The notes beneath the pieces are model-generated. The model did not search any database, had not been told where the DNA came from, and saw nothing but the letters and a program-made list of their open reading frames with translations. A stretch of DNA of 64,000 nt, taken from IMG/VR virus record IMGVR_UViG_3300001782_000005, positions 213,132-277,131 of that record; one strand, given 5' to 3'. Every line of letters starts with the position of its first letter. Position 1 is the stretch's first letter. Position numbers and translations under genes: made by a program. Shown piece after piece: positions 60,382 to 64,000 of this stretch.

Positions 60382-61175
60382 ATATAGTAATAAAATCATT
60401 TAATGGTATAGGTGATTGTCTATTTATGACTCCTACTCTGAGAAAAATTAAGGAGGCATATCCAGATAGGAAGATAATTGTAAATACTAATTATCCTCTC
60501 TTATTAGAGAATAATCCTTTTATTGATGAAGTTAATACAAGAGGTAAAGAGGGAGTTTTTCTGGGTTATGATGATCCTATTCATAGAAAGTGGCCCAGAA
60601 AACATCACATACTAAGAGATTGGGAAATAGTTTGTCAGCAATATGGAATTCAGACTGAAATACCTATTTTGAAACCTGAGATCTATTTTAAATTTAAGCA
60701 TGGAGATAGAAAGGGTAATATTGGAGTTCAGGTTATACATAAGAATCACTGGCATGGAAAGAAGAATTGGGGGAAATTTTCTGAGTTATCTGAGGAATCT
60801 GGGTTTCAACCTATTCCAAAAGTTGGAGGAGTACGGGAAATTGTTGAATTTCTTACTTCGTGTAGGGCTATTATATGTGCAGAAGGCGGAATATCTCATT
60901 TATGTAGGGCATTAGATATTCCGTGTGTTGTAGTTTATGGAGGTTTTGCTGACCCGGAGTGGAATGGTTATAAAGAACAAATTAATATAACAAATAGGAA
61001 ATACTGCTCCTATTGCTATAATCCTGGTCCGTGTATTAATCCCGTTGAGAAAGAGTGTATGCAGGAAATTAAAATCACTACTGTAAAGAAAGCTGTTATG
61101 CTAGCCTATTACCACTTAAAGTCTATTCAGAGCGATACTGGGGTGGTTTTAAATATCCATCATTCACTTGTATAG
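60375..61175 (+). CDS. GT9 (ADP-heptose heptosyltransferase-like) glycosyltransferase
   Basis: GIGDCLFMTPTLRKIKEAYPD, NNPFIDEV, EGGISHL..AL..P.VV.YG. Confidence 0.8.
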   Translation: MVDIVIKSFNGIGDCLFMTPTLRKIKEAYPDRKIIVNTNYPLLLENNPFIDEVNTRGKEGVFLGYDDPIHRKWPRKHHILRDWEIVCQQYGIQTEIPILKPEIYFKFKHGDRKGNIGVQVIHKNHWHGKKNWGKFSELSEESGFQPIPKVGGVREIVEFLTSCRAIICAEGGISHLCRALDIPCVVVYGGFADPEWNGYKEQINITNRKYCSYCYNPGPCINPVEKECMQEIKITTVKKAVMLAYYHLKSIQSDTGVVLNIHHSLV

Positions 61176-61206
61176 GTGATTTAAGAACTCACAGCAGGGA
61201 AGCAAA

Positions 61207-61794
61207 ATGCGGCAAAATTTAACCGATTTTATATCAGAAGAGAATATTTTTGAAACTATTAAGGAAAGGTTTGGTAGCAAAATTAATAATGAGGCTACCG
61301 CAATTGACAAAATTGAGATTAGTCGGATACTAAAAGACTTCATTGAGATAGTAAAACCAAAGAAGATTCTGGAGATTGGAACTTATCAAGGATTATCTGC
61401 AGCCTACTTAAGTTTATTTGCGGAAGTAATAACTGTAGATTTGCATTTTCAACCCATTTCGAAAGAGATATGGGATTATCTAGGGGTTTCTGAAAGAATT
61501 AGATTTTTCGTTTCTCCAGAGCTAGATCGAATAAAGAAATTTGTTGAGAATCTCGATTTTGATTGTGCTTTTATTGATGGTGAACATACATATAAAGCAG
61601 TATCTCATGATTATGAACTTGTTAGGAAATGTGGGAATGTGATTTTTCACGACTATGCATGGCATTTAATAAAGGAGAATAAGGAGGATAGTTTTCCAGG
61701 TGTAACAAAATTTGTGAATTCTTTACCTGAAGATGAAGTTTTGAAATCTCCGCCTTTTGCTTTATGGAGGGATGAAAATGCCAGAAGAGAATAA
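61207..61794 (+). CDS. Class I SAM methyltransferase (Methyltransf_24-like)
   Basis: ILEIGTYQGLS, FIDGEHTY, IFHDY. Confidence 0.85.
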   Translation: MRQNLTDFISEENIFETIKERFGSKINNEATAIDKIEISRILKDFIEIVKPKKILEIGTYQGLSAAYLSLFAEVITVDLHFQPISKEIWDYLGVSERIRFFVSPELDRIKKFVENLDFDCAFIDGEHTYKAVSHDYELVRKCGNVIFHDYAWHLIKENKEDSFPGVTKFVNSLPEDEVLKSPPFALWRDENARRE

Positions 61795-62212
61795 TAATAA
61801 AAAAGTTTGTCTTATTGATAACGTCAAAAAGAAATGTGTTGAACTTTGGAAATTAATTGTTGGAATTGGTGTTATAATAGGTTTGATAGCTGGTTTTTAT
61901 GGTCTTGATGCTGTGGTTGCAACAGAAAAGGATTTAGATATCCACAAAAAGGATATTATTGGTAAACTTGAGAACCTTGAGACAGAGGTTATATCTAGTT
62001 TACAGCAGTTTCAGAAACAGCAAGATTTACAGTTCTGGAACCAGAGGTATCAAGAATATTTGGATAGGGAAACAGATTTCAGATATAAATTGAAAAGAGA
62101 TCCAAATAATCAGGATTTGAAAGCTCAATATGAATATTGGAAGCAGAAAAGAATTGAAGCGCAAAAGAAGATTGATGAGTTGACGAAACCGACACCACCA
62201 ACTGGAGGGTAA
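61778..62212 (+). CDS. Membrane-anchored coiled-coil protein
   Basis: Single TM plus heptad repeats. Confidence 0.55.
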   Translation: MPEENNNKKVCLIDNVKKKCVELWKLIVGIGVIIGLIAGFYGLDAVVATEKDLDIHKKDIIGKLENLETEVISSLQQFQKQQDLQFWNQRYQEYLDRETDFRYKLKRDPNNQDLKAQYEYWKQKRIEAQKKIDELTKPTPPTGG

Positions 62213-62213
62213 T

Positions 62214-62747
62214 TTGAAGTTGAATCTTGGTAGTGGTATAATGTTGAAGAAAGAATTTGTTAATTATGATATGAAGATACGTAAACCTGAAATGGATGTA
62301 CCTAGAGTGGTTGGAATGATTGAGTATTTACCGTTCAAAGAAAATAGTTTTGATGAAGTATTGAGTTCTCATGTAATCGAACATTTTCAACCTGAGCAAA
62401 GTATACAAATGCTTAAAGATATATACTATGTTCTTAAACCCGGAGGAATTTTAATAATTGAAGGTCCAGATATCTTAGGTGCTTATTGGTATTATGTTGG
62501 TTGTGACTGTGGTAATAGATGGGGTGGCCGGAAAGAACCAGATGTTAAGAGCTTAATTGATTGTATCTTTGCAAACGTTCACAGGTATACTCGTGGAGAA
62601 GAGTGGACACATAAATCTGGTTGGACTGGGTGTATGGTTGCTCAACATATGGCTGAGATTGGATTCTATATTAGGCATGTTGGAAAAGGTTGGACACATG
62701 GAATGGGCCGTAGAGATTTTAGAGTAGAAGGGATTAAAAGTGGTTGA
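62214..62747 (+). CDS. Class I SAM methyltransferase
   Basis: LNLGSG, LPFKENSFDEV.SSHVIEH, VLKPGG. Confidence 0.85.
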   Translation: MKLNLGSGIMLKKEFVNYDMKIRKPEMDVPRVVGMIEYLPFKENSFDEVLSSHVIEHFQPEQSIQMLKDIYYVLKPGGILIIEGPDILGAYWYYVGCDCGNRWGGRKEPDVKSLIDCIFANVHRYTRGEEWTHKSGWTGCMVAQHMAEIGFYIRHVGKGWTHGMGRRDFRVEGIKSG

Positions 62748-63669
62748 TCTAGCTGGGAAATTAATTGTTGGAACTTATGGAGCGTATTTGATTCTGGATC
62801 CAGAAACTGGAGATTATGATATCTTTAAGAGGCACCACCAACTTTATCATTGGGGAATAACTTGGAGTGATAGATTTCTCGTTACTTGTGTTTGGTTGGG
62901 TATTTCAACAACTTTCCTTTTTTATGATCGTAATTTTAAAAGGATAGAAACTATTAAACCTCCAGAACATCGTTCAATTATTGCTCCTCATCAGATTCTT
63001 TGGTTTGATGATAAACTCTGGATTGCTAATACTCAATATGATTATGCAAATATTTATGATTTTGATAATAAGAGTTGGGAAATTTGGAGGATGTTTAACG
63101 AAAAAACCTATAGGGGGCCAGAGAAGAGGGGTGGAGATATTTATCATATGAATGGCGTTTGGTTTTATGATGGTCATGTTTTTGTTTGTGCTCATAATAA
63201 ACAGAGGCCAAGTTTTATTTCAATTTTTGAGTATCCCAGTTTGAAGTATATAGAAACTCTAGATGTTGGCAGAATGATCCATAATATATGGTGTGAAAAT
63301 GGTGAGTTTTTTACCTGCTCTTCTGGAGATGGGAAGATAATTACAACTACAGGGAAAGAAGTAGTTCGGACTGGTGGTTTCCCTAGAGGGGTTTCCATTA
63401 CTGATAAATATAATTGTATTGGAATTTCTCCTCATCATTTTCATGGTTGTAAGAAAAGAAATGAAGTTGATGGTGAGATTCAAATATATGATAAGAACTG
63501 GAATTTAATTAGAGTTTTTGTAACTAGAGGTTTTGGTCAAGTTTACGAAATGAGAATGTTTGGTAAGAGAGATATTACACACTGGGCAGGTTCTGAGAAT
63601 GTTAAATTTAATTATCCTGATTTGAGGCGAAAACCCCCTGCAGATTGCTATAGACTCTCACTTGATTAG
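62740..63669 (+). CDS. Beta-propeller protein (DUF4915-like)
   Basis: PHQI, HMNG, HN and GFPRG repeats. Confidence 0.55.
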   Translation: MVDLAGKLIVGTYGAYLILDPETGDYDIFKRHHQLYHWGITWSDRFLVTCVWLGISTTFLFYDRNFKRIETIKPPEHRSIIAPHQILWFDDKLWIANTQYDYANIYDFDNKSWEIWRMFNEKTYRGPEKRGGDIYHMNGVWFYDGHVFVCAHNKQRPSFISIFEYPSLKYIETLDVGRMIHNIWCENGEFFTCSSGDGKIITTTGKEVVRTGGFPRGVSITDKYNCIGISPHHFHGCKKRNEVDGEIQIYDKNWNLIRVFVTRGFGQVYEMRMFGKRDITHWAGSENVKFNYPDLRRKPPADCYRLSLD

Positions 63670-63678
63670 AGGTAGAGA

Positions 63679-64000
63679 ATGCCGGAATTATCAATTGTCA
63701 TTCCCTTTGTAAATGAGTATCCCCAAAATGTATTTACTATTCAAAATGTGATGTGTGAATTGGAGGGACGACTTGACTATGAAATAATTGCAGTCAACAA
63801 TTGGATTCCTAATTCCTCTTGTGGTAAAGAGCAAGACAAAGGTTTCAAATTTCTAAATAACGTCGCAAGAGGTCATGGTCCAAGGTTGAGGGTTTTACAC
63901 TATGATAAAAAGCTGTCTCATTGGAATGCTAAAAATTTTGGTATCATTCATTCAAAGTCTCCCTATCTATTCTTTTGTGATGCTCATTGTATTATTGGTA
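63679..64000 (+). CDS. GT2 glycosyltransferase (runs off the window end)
   Basis: MPELSIVIPFVNE...YEIIAVNN...NAKNFG...LFFCDAH. Confidence 0.8.
   Translation, partial: MPELSIVIPFVNEYPQNVFTIQNVMCELEGRLDYEIIAVNNWIPNSSCGKEQDKGFKFLNNVARGHGPRLRVLHYDKKLSHWNAKNFGIIHSKSPYLFFCDAHCIIG

Noticed and set aside
3102-63483. Numerous antisense or shifted-frame shadow ORFs nested in long genes
   Set aside because: No RBS or motifs, and they are fully overlapped by well-supported genes.
1-64000. Genome-wide stop-codon reassignment
   Set aside because: Genes are intact and densely packed under code 11, with TAA, TAG and TGA all used as stops.

Overview
A 64 kb segment of a large, AT-rich tailed dsDNA phage with a T4-like head module: gp21-like prohead protease and gp23-like major capsid protein. 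It also carries a long virion/tail-fibre module, lysis-like membrane genes and many small accessory ORFs. A dispersed sugar-modification toolkit includes split HldE (RfaE1/RfaE2), a GT9 heptosyltransferase, CysC, several sulfotransferases, GT2/GT4, methyltransferases and radical SAM enzymes. The standout element is at 5004-7706 on the minus strand: a non-CRISPR array of about 42 units with a ~36-nt period. Each unit alternates two short repeats with two ~9-nt variable spacers, and the array sits immediately upstream of an IS110/Nop-fold RNA-binding protein with no recognisable nuclease domain. This matches a TIGR-Tas (TasA-like) dual-spacer RNA-guided system. Other notable signals are a ~145-nt tRNA-like RNA with an anti-Shine-Dalgarno loop matching a phage RBS 16/16, a candidate in-frame UGA (selenocysteine) gene, several structured non-coding regions, an atypical tRNA-Gly, a GC-richer operon of secreted repeat proteins, a MshEN-like protein and two recurrent promoter-like motifs. 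All calls are by eye; no database searches were run.
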